From Heptranchias perlo (Eukaryota), in contig NC_090347.1 in NCBI RefSeq assembly GCF_035084215.1, positions 30,194,001 through 30,258,000 of the forward strand: 64,000 nucleotides of DNA. The letters are read 5' to 3'. The position numbers were made by a program, and so were the translations under genes. The notes under the pieces were generated by a model. That model was not told where the DNA came from, did no database searches, and worked only from the letters and a program-made list of their open reading frames with translations. This document shows, piece by piece, positions 50,778 to 64,000 of this stretch. The stretch's first letter is position 1. Every line of letters begins with the position of its first letter.

Positions 50778-53179
50778 CAAGATATTTGAAGTGTCTGTGC
50801 TGTGGGACAAAGTACTTGAAGGCCCTACCCTTAATCTGTGTAAGTTCACTGCTTATACTGCCACTAGCTTACCTACCTCCTGCCACACTGCAACACTTAG
50901 CTATGGCAAGAAGAGAAACTAAAGGGCAGGCCAGTCATTTTAAAGCCATTCCAGGAGGTAAGACCATTCCAGGAGGGTTGGTAGTAGAGAGGCTATTTCT
51001 ATAGTAGAAATGGCAGCCATGCTTTTTCTACAGTATAAACGCTACTATGGAACCCACAAGCATCTAAACTGGGGAGAGCTTTGCATTTAGTTCATTAAGA
51101 TCTGACACAACCCCCAAAAAGATAAAGGTTTGCTTATTTCCAATTAAATAACTTGTCAGTGTTTATACTTGCAAAAAGGAGCCAAGTTGCCTTGGGTTTT
51201 TTTTAGTGCATATAAATACAATATTAATATAAAACCACTGAGAAAGCTGTTAGAGCCATAATTAATTCAATATGGCAGTGACATAGAGACCAGAGGGTTT
51301 TCCTGCAAGATTCAAACACGAACTGGCTGCTGCAAGCAGAAATCGCCATAACCAGCTCCACTTTATCCATGCAGATCGCAGGCTTTGCCAGTGTATTGTG
51401 CAATATCAATCATGTGACTGCATGGCAGCCACTCAGCACTGAGTAACAGACATACAATGACTGACCAGTAAATTTTCTACTAACATGCCAGTAATAATTA
51501 CCCTTTAAAGTAAAGTCAAAACATTTACTGTGTTAACCATTCCTGCTTTTCAGCAGGATAGTAATTTAAAACTTGTTATACACAGTGCCAGAATTTCAGT
51601 AGAAATGACACTTTTAAACTTGAAGTTGTAATTCCCAGTTTAATAGGTCACTGGGGTTTATTCTATGTGCACAAAGACCACAATTGTAGCAAGTAACATT
51701 TAGCCCAAGTCCTAGAAGCTGAGTGTTATGGGACTGACGTGGTTTGGAAGCAAAGCAAAGTCCAAAAGTCCCACCTCAAGGGGCTTTCATAGGCATCTAT
51801 CAGCTCAATATATTAATTATGGGTTAGCTTACTTGTTTCAACACCAAAGTTTTGATTTACTGTAAGACGCTAGAAAATATACAAAAGACGTATATGCATG
51901 GTCCCAGATGCAAGATTTTGTAAAATAGTTTTAATATTTTGCTGGTGACATCTCACATTTGCTTAAGAAATTATGTAAAGAATAGACAAGAAGATCAGGA
52001 ACAGCTACAAACAGCTGAGATCATGGACTGAGTATGTATATTTTATGTGGGGCTGACAATGCGATGCTCAGTGGCCCATATTATCGGGTGCTGAGGCTGA
52101 CAGAGTACCAGTTGTGTATAGCATGATATAATGCAATGGGGAAGCATCTATGGCACTGAGAGCTTGCAGGTCATGTGTGCTCTTCCATTGGATCCAGCTG
52201 TACATCAGAACCCATGAATACAACAGTATTTCCCCCCAACTACCTTGATCTTCCCATACTAAAATCATTATTAAGTCACCTTATAGTATCAATAATCCCA
52301 ACTTTAATAACCCATGTGTGTCGCAGCTGTGTTCAGTATGTTTTGTGTTCATGCTTCCCCTTTCTGAAAGCATATGGCGTGAGATGGATGACTGCTGCAT
52401 ATCAGGGCCTGACTCTAGGGATGGAGGTAGTCCTGTATCTTGTTGTGCTGGATCCATAGCTAGCCCTGCATCTATAAGCACCACAGATATTCATGCAGTG
52501 GCTACCTGGACCTGTATGATATGTGACATATCTGTAGTCATTTGGGCAGGGGTGGCTGGGTGAAATAGATGTGACCTCTCACTAGGGGACAACAGCAGTG
52601 TCAGTTCCTAACATTATCCTGCTACTAGTTGCATTCCTTCAGCATGAGCAGAGTTCTGTGTGGGAGCAGGTTGCTGGGCAGCTATCAGTTTGCTGAAGTC
52701 CTGCATTATCTAGTTTCCCAACATAGTGAATGCAGAGAAGACAAAGTGCTGTAGACTGCTGTGCCAGGTCTCCAGAGCCCCAGTTATAGTATTTGTTAAG
52801 GAAACTATCAGCCAAGAGGGGCTCCAGTACAGAGGACCCTGTAATGGCAATGTTCTCCATGACAGTCTGCAACTCGATCAGACAGCACTGCACAAATGTG
52901 TATTGTGGACTCCTTCATAGACATCCCAAACTGTACAGGCTGCTTGGTACAAAGAACTGCATGAGCTCCTGGTGCGGAGCAACTCAACTGCATTTGGAGG
53001 AAGGCCCTTGTCCCTCCTCAATGGTGCTCTGTGCTTCACTAACTGACCCCCCGCCCCCTTTCCAGAGTGGATGCATCAGATGTGCAGTACCTATTGCACA
53101 GGACTGCAATATAGGCCCCATATTATAATGATAAGACATCCTAAAATACTTCATTAAATATTCAAGCATATAACTACTT

Positions 53180-53598
53180 TTTGTTTATTATTCATTCTCG
53201 GGGTGTGGGCATTGATGGCAAGGCTGGCATTCATTGTCCATCTCTAGTTGCCCGTAAAAAGTGGTGGTGGCCCTTCTTCTTGAACCATTGGTAGCAGTTT
53301 GATACAAATAAGTGGCTTGTTAAGCCACTCCAGAGAGGAGTTAAGAGTCAACCATGTTGGTGTGGGACTGGAGTCACATATAGTCACAGACTGGGTAAGC
53401 ACAGCAGATTCCCGAAAAGACATTAATGAACCAGTTGCATTTTTACGACAATCTAACAACTTCATGGTCACTTATATTTCCAGATTTTTTGAACTGAATT
53501 CAAATTCTCAAACTGCCATGGTGAGATTTGAACTCAAATTTTCTGGATTTTTAATCCAAGTCTCTGGATTACTAGTCCAGTAACACAACCACGACCCC
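53180..53598 (-). mobile_element. SINE composed of the LINE-B 5' head and the LINE-B 3' tail
   Basis: Reverse complement aligns with 55212-55540, then jumps to GGTTCAAGAAG...CACCACCAC...GGGCAACTAGAGATGG...GCCCACA and an A-rich end. Confidence 0.85.
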
Positions 53599-53824
53599 AT
53601 AGGGTATATTTTTCGGCCAGTTCTACTCATTTTGCACAGTACTTGATCTTCCGGCAGACCTAAAGTTATTCTTGCATAAAATGTGGCAGAGCTTAATTTC
53701 AATACATAAGTGTATACTAATAAGACTCAACGCAATTGCTCGTCCATTTAGAACACTATGATGCTGTCCACTCTGCTTGCCTTGTTTTGTAAGTGGAGAA
53801 TTTCCACTAATGCACTCCTATTGC

Positions 53825-53990
53825 TACTTCAAACCTACCTCTTTGATCAAGCTTTTGATCACCTGTCCAAATGTCTCCTTCTTTGGTTCGGTGTCAGTTT
53901 TAGTCTGATAAAGCTCCTGTGAAGTGCCATGGGGTGTTTTACCACGTTAAAGGGTTAGATAAATGCAAGTTGTTATTGTTGTTGTTGTAG
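53825..53990 (+). mobile_element. L2 3' tail
   Basis: AAACCTACCTCTTTGATCAAGCTTTTG...ATAAATGCAAGTTGTTATTGTTG, matching 20590-20732. Confidence 0.85.
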
Positions 53991-55207
53991 CACACATCAA
54001 GAGTGCATATCGGGAAAGTGAGCAACCCCCAGTCAATGATTCTTTCACCTGTGTTGCCCCTGATTTTCCAATAAACACTGACAGCAGGTGAGGACTCAGA
54101 AAATCTCCATCGGCACTCTAGTGGCCTACAATAAAGTCCCACAGGCCACATATGAAGAATTACAACACAAAACACGGAATTAAAAGAATACACGTAAAAG
54201 CCCCTCTCCTAATTGAGAGACAAATTAAAAATTGATTTTCTCCAAGCTAAATTACGGACTGACTGTTTTAATCTGGCCTGCTTGAATTTGCTGATCCGTT
54301 TCAGGAGCAGACGACAATATGATGAGTCTTCATGGAGCAGGAAGATATTGATTCATGGGCCACATACAGCTTGTGGCCCACAGCTTGGACACTTCTGGTC
54401 AATATAGTTCCATATTTGGTTGCAATGTCTGAGATTGTTTTACCGTTAGGCGGCAATGCTGGGATCTTTTTAGCACAATTTGCAACCAAGGTATCCTGAT
54501 AGTCTTTCCTTTCTAAAAGATAATTCTCCCACCAACAAAGACACTTAGAAGCCAGAACAGACCCATCTCTTTAAATCACTGATGGATCATCCAAGAAGGT
54601 TAGCTGTGAGCTTTTAATCAGAGCTGTCCTGGTGATGTTACAAGAACTTTTTTCTGGCATGTTTGACTTTGACTCACTAATACACGATAAAGATTCTGCT
54701 TATCCACCACCAACAGGTGTTCCACTGAGACTCTTTCTGTCTGGAACAGACTCACTGGGTGTGATGCCTTCAGTTTAGAATTCTTGGCCAGATTAGTTGG
54801 AGGTGATCATGCAAGTGACTTGGCTGAGGGCCCTCCAGCTCAGGTACACTCGGTCAATCTCTATACCTGTAACCCAGCTCTTTACCTAGGTCTTTTTCGC
54901 GATCCAAAAATAATTGATCAAATTCAGCCTTAAAGTGTGCTCCTTCGTCATGTTATTCCACAAATTTTCTGATAAATACAACTGCTAAAAGTGAGACTGG
55001 CATTCCACCCAAAGCCTCTTTAAGTCAACCCATAAACCACAGAAACTGGGTCGCTCGGTGACTTCATAACATTCCAAGGGTTTTCCTCTGAATTCGTGCC
55101 CAAAACTGGGTGATCTGGGAACGGAGAATGCAGCGAGGCGGCCTCCCATTGAATCCATTGAAGTTTTCCTGCCAGGCGACATTACCCATTCATTGTCCAT
55201 CCCACTG

Positions 55208-57408
55208 CATGTATAGTGGTTATGTTACCAGAGTAGTAACCCAGAGGCCCGGACTAATAATCCGGAGTCATAAGTTCAAATCCCGCCACAGTAGCTGGGG
55301 AATTTAAATTCAATTAATTAAGTAAAATTAGGAATTTTAAAAAAACTAGTATCAGTAATGGTGGTGCCCATGATACCAGATTGTTGCAAAATGTCCTTTC
55401 ACTAATGCCCTTTAGGGAAGGAAACCTGCCGTCCTTACCCGGTCTGGCCTATATGTGACTCCAAATCCACAGCAATGTGATTGATTCTTAATCGCCCTCT
55501 GAAATGGCCTAGCAAGCCACTCAGTTGTACAATCTCGCTACAAAAAGTCATAATAAGAATAAAACCGGATGGACCACCCGACATCGGATCACCAGGCACC
55601 AGACACGATAAAGGCAAACCAAGCCCAGTCGACCCTGCAAAGTCCTCCTCACTAACATCTGGGAGAGCTTTCCCACAGACTAGTCAAGCAACAGCCTGAC
55701 ATAGCCATACTCACAGAATCATACCTTTCAGCCAACATCCCTGACTCTTCCACCACCATCCCTGGGTATGTCCTGTCCCACCGGCAGGACAGACCCACCA
55801 GAGGTGGCGGTACAGTGATATACAATCAGGAGGGAATGGCCCTGGGAGTCCTCAACATTGACTCCGGACCCCATGAAATCTCATGGCACCAGGTCAAACG
55901 TGGGCAAGGAAACCTCCTGCTGATTACCACCTACCGCCCTCCCTCAGCTGATGAATCAGTACAGCTACCACACTGGAATCTACTGAGTGGAAATGTGGAA
56001 AATTGTCCAGGTATGTCCTGTCCACAAAAAGCAGGACAAATCCAATCTGGCCAATTACCACCCCATCAGTCTACCCTCAAGCATCAGCAAAATGATGGAA
56101 GGTGTCGTCGACAGTGCTATCAAGCAGCACTTACTCACCAATAACCTGCACACCGATGCTCAGTTTGGGTTCCGCCAGGACCACTCAGCTCCAGACCTCA
56201 TTACAGCCTTGGACCAAACATGGACAAAAGAACTGAATTCCAGAGCTGAGGTGAGAGTGACTGCCCTTGACATCAAGGCAGCATTTGACCAAGTGTGGCA
56301 CCAAGGAGCCCTAGTAAAATTGAATTCAATGGGAATCAGGGGGAAAACTCTCCAGGGGCTGGAGTCATACCTAGCACAAAGGAAAATGGTAGTGGTTGTT
56401 GGAGGGCAATCATCTCAGCCCCACGACATTGCTGCAGGAGTTCCTCAGGGCAGTGTCCTTGGCCTAACCAGATTCAGCTGCTTCATTAATGACCTTCCCT
56501 CCATCATAAAGTCAGAAATGGAGTTGTTCGCGAAATGGGATTGCACAGTGTTCAGTTCCATTCACAACCCCTCAGATAATGAAGCAGTCCGTGTCTGCAT
56601 GCAGCAAGACCAGGACAACATCCAGGCTTGGGCTGATAAGTGGCAAGTAACATTCATGCCAGACAAGTGCCAGGCAATGACCATCTCCAACAAGAGAGAG
56701 TCTAGCCACCTCCCCTTGACATTCAACGGCATTACCATCACCGAATCCCCCACCATCAACATTCTGGGGATCACCATTGACCAGAAACTTAACTGGACCA
56801 GCCACATAAATACTGTGGCTACAAGAGCAGGTCAGAGGCTGAGTATTCTGCGGCGAGTGACTCATCTCCTGACTCCCCAAAGCCTTTCCACCATCTACAA
56901 GGCACAAGTCAGGAGTGTGATGGAATATTCTCCACTTGCCTGGATGAGTGCAGCTCCAACAACACTCAAGAAGCTCGACACTATCCAGGATAAAGCAGCC
57001 CGCTTGATTGGCACCCTATCCACCACCCTAAACATTCACTCCCTTCACCACCGGCGCACTGTGGCTGCAGTGCATCTACAGGATGCACTGCAGCAACTCG
57101 CCAAGGCTTCTTCAACAACACCTCCCAAACCTGCGATCTCTACCACCTAGAAGGACAAGGGCAGCAGGCGCATGAGAACAACACCACCTGCACGTTCCCC
57201 TCCAAGTCACATACCATTCCTTCATCGTCACTGGGTCAAAATCCTGGAACTCCCTACCTCCCAGCACTGTGGGAGAACCTTCATCACACGGACTGCAGCG
57301 GTTCAAGAAGGCGGCTCGCCACCACCTTCTCAAGCGTAATTAGGGATGGGCAATAAATGCTGGCCTTGCCAGCGACACCCACATTCCATGAACGAAAGAA
57401 AAAAAATT
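55208..57408 (+). mobile_element. LINE-B copy retaining both ends: tRNA-like 5' head, APE endonuclease start, internal deletion, RT domain, poly(A)
   Basis: KVLLTNIW, QQPDIAILTESYL, IPGY..HRQDRPTRGGGTVIY, TYRPP (APE); ALDIKAAFDQVWH and GVPQGSVLG (RT); catalytic FADD corrupted to FAKWD. Confidence 0.93.
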
Positions 57409-59059
57409 ATGCTTCAGATTCCAGCCGATTTTCCCCCATTTCAGTCTCTGTACCGACAATGAAGGGGAAAGCCAGAAGGAAGGAAGCAGTAGGAGGTCTG
57501 TGGCATCAGGAAGTAGGAGGAAGGTGTTTCTTTGACTGGAAAAATAGGAGTCTGGCCACTTCTCCCCCTCCCAACACCTCCAATGTCCTGTTCATTGGTT
57601 GCCAATTCAAAATGTAGTCATGGCACAATCAGGGGGTTTCGGCCATTTTAATATTTGCCCCGGCCATTTTAGGCACACTCCCACTGAGATACCACTGGGA
57701 GACCACCCTGATTAATTAATTGAACTCGAACCAGGAAAATGGGGCAGGGTCATGGTCCAGACGAACTGCTGGGAGGAAGTCCTTCCCCCGACTCACTACC
57801 GCTGGCATTGCCATCTTGAGAAAATCCACTCCTCGTTGAATTTCCACTTTAAATAATTAAATAAATGTAAGGTATCATCCATGACATCTGATAGGATCCT
57901 ATTTTTTATTGATTTCTACATGGACCATTGGGCAAGCTCGCCCACCTATCTTAAAAACTTCGAGGTGGGGCAGACAGACCTCACTAGCTCATCAGAAAAT
58001 TACATGATCAAGAGAAAGCTGAATACTTCACATCAGCAAAGACACCGACCACTGTTTATCCTAATCAGATACCAACTGGCTGAGTGCCAACGCTGCCCAT
58101 GCTTCCAATCCCATTGGCCAGAGGTAGAATAAAGGTCATGGCTTCCTGAATGGGCAGATGGGCGGAACACCTCATGACATCAGAAAATAAAGCAACACTG
58201 CACAATTTCTTTCAATATGGAGCCACTTTATCTGGGCTAATCGGAATGATATTGGACGTAGTTACGAAGAAGCCTGTGACCTACACAAGCAGATCATTCC
58301 AGCCGAATACCTGGAGTAACCTGAACCCATCCAATAAAATGTCCTACTTGGGAAAAGAGCTGAATGAAGTGGGTTTCAGTTACTGGGCCTTCTCTGTGCT
58401 TTTTGTCCCTGTTTATGCACAGGACGCAATTACCTGATCCGTAATATAATGATGTTTCTGATTGTGTCTTGCATTACAATGGTATTCATTACTAATAAAC
58501 CCAAGATAATTTTTTTTTAAACAGATTGCTAAAGTTCACAATGCAGCAGAAGCAGGTCAGCTGAAGGGCAAACCTTTTCTGGCAGTCAACATAGGGTGCT
58601 GCAACAGAGTTTTGGAGCAGGATGTCCTGGCTGTTCTAGGAACTAAGCCAAAGTGAAACATTAACCGGTAGAGTAACACAGCTTTAATATGGCTGGAGAT
58701 TCAAAATATAGAAATTAGCACATTTTAAGTTAACTCTTAATTAGTACTGTACTATTAGTAGTGCACTATAGTATAATCATTTAGTGGTGACTATAGGCGA
58801 ACTTCAAGAAAGTTTTCAAGGTATAACATGAACACATAGAAAAAATAGTTTCAAATACTTACCTTTATGCCAGACACGTTAGCATTTGATGGACATTAAA
58901 TACTCACAAAATATTTAACAAAAACTTGATTCCAATTGGAAGGAGCAATAATAATCTTAAATGCAACAGCAGTTACAAGAAGAATTGGCGAGAAATTGCA
59001 TCAAGGACGAGGTGAGGGCTCCCCATGATCCCTCGCCACACTCAGGGCCTGCAATTACA

Positions 59060-59698
59060 TCGAGTTACATTGAGTTACATCGAAACTACAGCACAGAAGC
59101 AGGCGTTTATGCTCCACACGAGCCTCCTCCCTCCCTACTTCATCTCACCCTATCAGGATACCCTTCTATTCCTTTCTCCTTCATGTGCTTCTCTAGCTTC
59201 CCCTTAAACGTAGCTATGCTATTTGCCTCAACTACTCCTTGTGGTAGTGCATTCCACATTCTTACCATTCTTTGGGTAAAGAAGTTTCTCCTGAATTCTC
59301 TGTTGGATTTATTAACGACTATTTTACATTTATGACCTCTAGTTTTGGACTCCCCTACAAGTCGAAACATTTTCTCTGCATCTAACCTATCAAGCCCTTT
59401 CATTATCTTAAAGACCTCTATCAAGTCACCCGCCATCCTTCTCTTTTCTAGAGAAAAGTTCCCCAGCCTGTTTACTCTTTCCTGATAAGTATATCCTCTC
59501 AGTTCTGGTATCATCCTTGTGAATCTTTTTTGCACCCTCTCCAATGCCTTTATATCCTTTCCATAATATGGAGACCAGAACTGTGCACAGTACTCCAAGT
59601 GTGGTCTAACCAAGGTTCTGTACAAATTTAACATAACTTCCCTGCTTTTTAATTCTATCCCTTTAGAAGTGAACCTCAGTGCTTGGTTTGCCTTTTTT
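59060..59698 (-). mobile_element. CR1 LINE 3' part
   Basis: LYRTLVRPHLEYCAQFWSP...FFTQRMVRMWNALP. Confidence 0.92.
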
Positions 59699-60070
59699 AT
59701 GAAGGGGTCTGATAGGGCGGACATGGTGAGACTGTTTCCACTTGTGAGTCCAAAACATAATTTCCCAGCATAAATATAAGATAAGCAGTAACAGATCAAA
59801 TCGGAGGAAGTTCTTTCCAGTGAGTGGTGAGAATGTGGAACTCTCTGCCACATGGAGTGGTTGAAGCTGATAGCATTGATACATTTAAAGGGAGGCTTGA
59901 TGCATACATGAGGGAGAAGGGAATATGAGGGCTTTTGGGGGCAGAGTAGGAAAAGGTAATTAGAGTTGAAGGAGGCTCTTGTGAAGTATAAACACCTGCA
60001 TAGACCAGTTGGCCCAGTTGGCCTCTTTCCATGCTGTAGATTCTGCGTAATTGTGTATAATTCTATGATA
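59699..60070 (+). mobile_element. Older CR1 3' fragment, back-to-back with the previous copy
   Basis: MKGSDRAD..RLFPLV ... GAGTGGTGAGAATGTGGAACTC; ATTCTATG tail. Confidence 0.8.
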
Positions 60071-60607
60071 AAGATACTTTACCTCAGAGAGTGGGAGGAC
60101 CACATCCTACATCCTTTCTCCTCAGGAGAATTAACAATTCAGCCCATCCCATCCCACAATAAGTGCACCTCTTACCTTAACCCAGTGGCCCAGGAACTTA
60201 GGTAGGAATCAAGTACCTTCCCAGCAGAGGAAGAAGTCGCTTTAATTGGCAGTGGGAGAAATAACAACATCAACCAATCATAACCTCAATTGGAACAGTG
60301 CAGGCTAACAAACCATTTTGAACAGGGCATGCAGTGAAATTAACAAGCCTTCTAAGCCATGCATGGCAAGCCAATCACACCTGACAACAGAGCAACACTT
60401 ATTTTGCATTAGTATATTATTTCCTTCCTTATATATGACTTGTGACACATTCCCCCAAAATACAGTGTCACTTGTACCACAGATTGTTCATTTAAAATTC
60501 TATTAATGTTTCACATCTACATTTCTCTGCACAATGTAAGGTCACTGTCATCTGCTTAATCTCAATAGAACTGTAGTAGAAAATGAGCAGTCATAAAGAT
60601 TAACCAT

Positions 60608-61032
60608 CCATGACAAAGCAGCCCACTTGATTGGCACCCCATCTACCACCCTAAACATTCACTCCATTCACCACTGGCACACCGTAACTGCAGTGGGTAC
60701 CATCCACAGGATGCACTGCAGCAACTCGCCAAGGCTTCTTCGACAGCACCTTCCAAACCCGCGACCTCTACCACCTAGAAGGACAAGGGCAGCAGGCGCA
60801 TGGGAACAACACCACCTGCACGTTCCCCTCCAAGTCACACACCATCCTGACTTGGAAATATATTGCCATTCCTTCATCGTTCCTGGGTCAAAACCCTGGA
60901 ACTCCCTACCTAACAGCACTGTGGGACTGCAGCGGTTCAAGAAGGCGGTTCACCACCACCCTCTCAAGGGCAATTAGGGATGGGCAATAAATGCTGGCCT
61001 TGCCAGCGATACCCACATAAAAGTTAAAAAAA
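60608..61032 (+). mobile_element. LINE-B 3' fragment
   Basis: DKAAHLIGTPSTTLNIHS... and the shared 3' tail. Confidence 0.92.
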
Positions 61033-61875
61033 TTAACTCATTCCACAATAATGTGCTCTGTAAGTGAGATTTCACTACCCATAGAAAGGATAAGGCCGAA
61101 GAGGAATAGTTTCGAGAATTAACTATTTTATTTACTAATACAGCTAATAGGCTATCTCTATGACACTGCCTTTGGGGCCAAGAAAATGTCATAGTGAGGG
61201 GTGTTTTACAGTTTAAAATGGTTCTTCTAATAATGAGGTAGTTATGAAACATTTGTGGTATACCAGTCTCAGAGATTAGGGCACATCAGAATGTGTGACA
61301 GTGAGGGGCGGTTATATTAGAATGGTATTCACTTTTATTCCAATTTAACATCTCTTTCATAAAAACAAATTAAAATAACTACATACTTGATTTCATCTAC
61401 TATTCCCTGTCTGTCGACAGAAAAATTGTTGCTTCTATTACACCATGAAGACACAACACCAGAATATATATCAGTCGCTGACCTAATGATATTTTCCTTC
61501 TGGTTGATTGGTAACAAACCAAATCAATCTTCTGATATTTCAGAAGTGGCTCGTTCTCCATTCAAAATGTTACACGTAGAGTTTCTGATCAATGAAGTTT
61601 ACTTTGGAACACTTAACATAACTTGCACTGCATTCCACTTGGGTTAACACTTGCCTTAAGACAGCACAAAGATGAATGTGGTGCGCATTTCATGTTCATG
61701 CGTGAACCAACTAAAAATTCAACATCTACATTAGAGTAACTACCTCACACATGACTGCATTATTGTCAGTGGGGCAATGCTGCAAATTCTCCACCAGCCA
61801 TGATGGGCTCAGAGGGTGTCATGAAATTTGTTTGCTCCTCCATTAGCTCCCATCTAAAGACAGGTCCAATAGGTA

Positions 61876-62990
61876 TTAATTCCTTGCCCATATAGCAGAG
61901 AAATGCCAAGGGTTCTCAGATTGGCCTACTGTTTTCCGTTTCTCTTCTGCCACTTGTTCCTCCTCACTTGTGAGTGGTGCATCACCTTCCTCCTCAATCT
62001 CACTGCCTGTATTCCACAGGCTGTTAGATTCTGTGCTAGTGTTTGTGACAGGTGGAGTGTTTGATGGGAGCTGCTTTGATGGACAAGGTGTCAAGGTGGC
62101 ACTTTGTCTTTTATCATTTTCTGGAAAAAAAACTCTAGAAAGAAGAATTAGAATGGATTACAATGCACCATCTCCAAAGAAAGGTGAGATTACAATGCAT
62201 ATTGTATGTCATACCCCTGCTATTTACAGTTTGGCCCAGTGGTAATGATTAGGAAATGGATGGAGGATAGGAAGGATAATGATAAATGGACAATGCTTGC
62301 TGGATGGTGGCATCACACTCCCCGCAAAAATGCACGCTGTAAATCCTCTGTAGATTCATGCCCAAAAGTTTCAGGGTCATTTCCTCAAATTGGGAAAACC
62401 TTTTCAACATTGAAGGTTAGTCCTAGCCCTGTGGTTCTGGAAGCACACACAATTTAGGAAGATGTTAGAAGCTACCTGAGTATCCCAAGCATCACTACTG
62501 TGGCCAGCCCACCACCCTCCCATTGGAAAGCATCACACATGCTGATTGTAGTGGCAGTACTCCCTCATGGGACAATTTTAAACTATTATGTGCAGGTATT
62601 AGTTTGCCCGACTAGAATTGTTTCCTACAACTTTAGTGCATTTAGAGGTATGCAGAAAAGGTTACCTCCTTGCTTTTCACGCTGTCTCCCTGAGAGTGCT
62701 GCAGCTGAACATTTACACTTGTGCCATGTCTTTCATGCCCAACAGTAATAATGTGTGCAAAGGTGGATACACTTACCTTGGCACTTCTGATGCCAGTGAA
62801 CCTCTTTCACATTTTTTCCCAGATACCAATGGATTTGGAATACAGCATTAACATGTTGCATTATTTGTACCTATGCACCTTTGATCTTTAACAGGAGGAT
62901 GGTCTTCTCATCCAAAGAGGGTCGTTCTTTCTTGCTGCACCTCTTCCCCACGGCCATCGATGCACACATTTTGGACAAAAAAAAATTGCT
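61876..62990 (-). pseudogene. Degraded three-exon Harbinger-type Myb/SANT gene
   Basis: Exon 1 reads EEVQQERTTLFG*...VNAV...KRFTGIRSAK|GTAAGT (phase 0, frameshifted); RTTGLG near 62430 resembles RTGGG; exon 3 follows TTTTTTCCAG at 62120 in phase 1, as in the intact element. Confidence 0.55.
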
Positions 62991-64000
62991 CACTCTCTGT
63001 TCTCACAACAACGCTTGTGGTTCTTCTGCTGCCAGGGAATACTAACAACTTCCCCCAGTTACAAACAGTAGCCTTTTTGTGCCTACACAGATTTTGTGAC
63101 CCCCTGTCCCCCTCCCCCAGCCGATCACACCATGCATGGCTTGGAGGACTTGTCAATTCTTGTGAATTCCACTGCTTGCACAGCTCAAAGTCATTTTGTC
63201 TGCTAGTATTGTTCCTAGTGAGATTATGATTGTTTGATTTTGTTATTTCTCCCACTGCCCACTTCTTCCTCTGCTGGGAGCCTCCCTGCACGTGAAAAGG
63301 ATGTACAAGGATCAGATGGAAATTATGGGCCTTGCTGAACTCTGCTGGCCTTGTCCAACTCCGCAAAGTCAGTCCTTCCTGTTCCCAGTGCAGGCGCCAC
63401 AGGCGATTTTGCTGCTGTAACGAAAAGCAGGATTTGGTCTCTTTCTTTCAGTCTTTCCCCCGTTTGTGTTTATTTGCTGTCTCCCAGTATTTCTGTTTAT
63501 TGCTTTCTCTGTCTCTTCCCTTCTCTGTGAACCTTCTTTCTCTCCCTATGTCTGTGTGTGTGTGTTGCTCTTCTTGTATCATTGAATGTTCAGCTGTTTC
63601 ATTAAGACATGGCTGTCATGCTTTTAAGAGCAGCTGAGCATTTTAACATGCAAATGGAGACACAGGGAGGACAACAACAGGTACAAAAACTGAAGGAGGT
63701 CACAATCAGAATGTCTCGGAGTCATGGAGGCAGCCAGCCTGGGTGGCGTATGTCTGTTATCTGTGCTCATTGGTGGAAAAGGAAGGAAACAAATTGGCCA
63801 CCCTTTTAAAAAGGCAGGAAAAAGCTAACCCATAGTGGGGTAGCTGGAGTCATGATTCATGTAAAACATTGGAATCCTTGTACATTTGGGACATTGGAGC
63901 ATTTACATATGATCTGTTAATTGTGTATGTACCATTGTCGCCAACACTGGTGGTTTGTTAGCAGAGAAAGGTCCATTTTTCAATGCTGATGTTTTTAAGT

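Noticed and set aside
52300-53100. Another Harbinger ORF2 relic
   Set aside because: Composition is suggestive, but no diagnostic motif or TIR could be identified.
54500-54960. Endogenous viral or coding remnant
   Set aside because: Only short open stretches with no identifiable motif; not supportable without a search.
55987-57150. Functional reverse transcriptase (387 aa)
   Set aside because: Catalytic FADD is corrupted to FAKWD, the endonuclease is partly deleted and the C-terminus is frameshifted.
59140-59853. 237-aa ORF as a real gene
   Set aside because: Chimera of the antisense of one CR1 fragment and the sense of another.

Overview
Eukaryotic, repeat-dominated, CpG-poor vertebrate DNA. 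The repeat families (CR1 LINEs with (ATTCTATG)n tails, Deu-domain SacSINE1-like SINEs, L2 tails) suggest a cartilaginous fish, probably a shark; this is an inference. No recognisable host protein-coding gene is present, and most listed ORFs are retroelement fragments or noise. The main element is a complete, young, CpG-rich 4,169-bp PIF/Harbinger DNA transposon (29666-33834). It has 17-bp TIRs, an AAA target-site duplication, a DDE transposase on + and a convergent three-exon Myb/SANT gene on -. Older Harbinger relics and hairpin MITEs are scattered through the window. Also notable are an apparently single-ORF LINE whose 5' end is tRNA-like and is shared with a head-plus-tail SINE in the same window, Penelope-type repeats with minimal hammerhead ribozyme cores, two RFX X-box modules, a duplicated exon-like segment, a 31-bp minisatellite and an assembly gap. 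All calls are by eye, and boundaries of old repeats are approximate.
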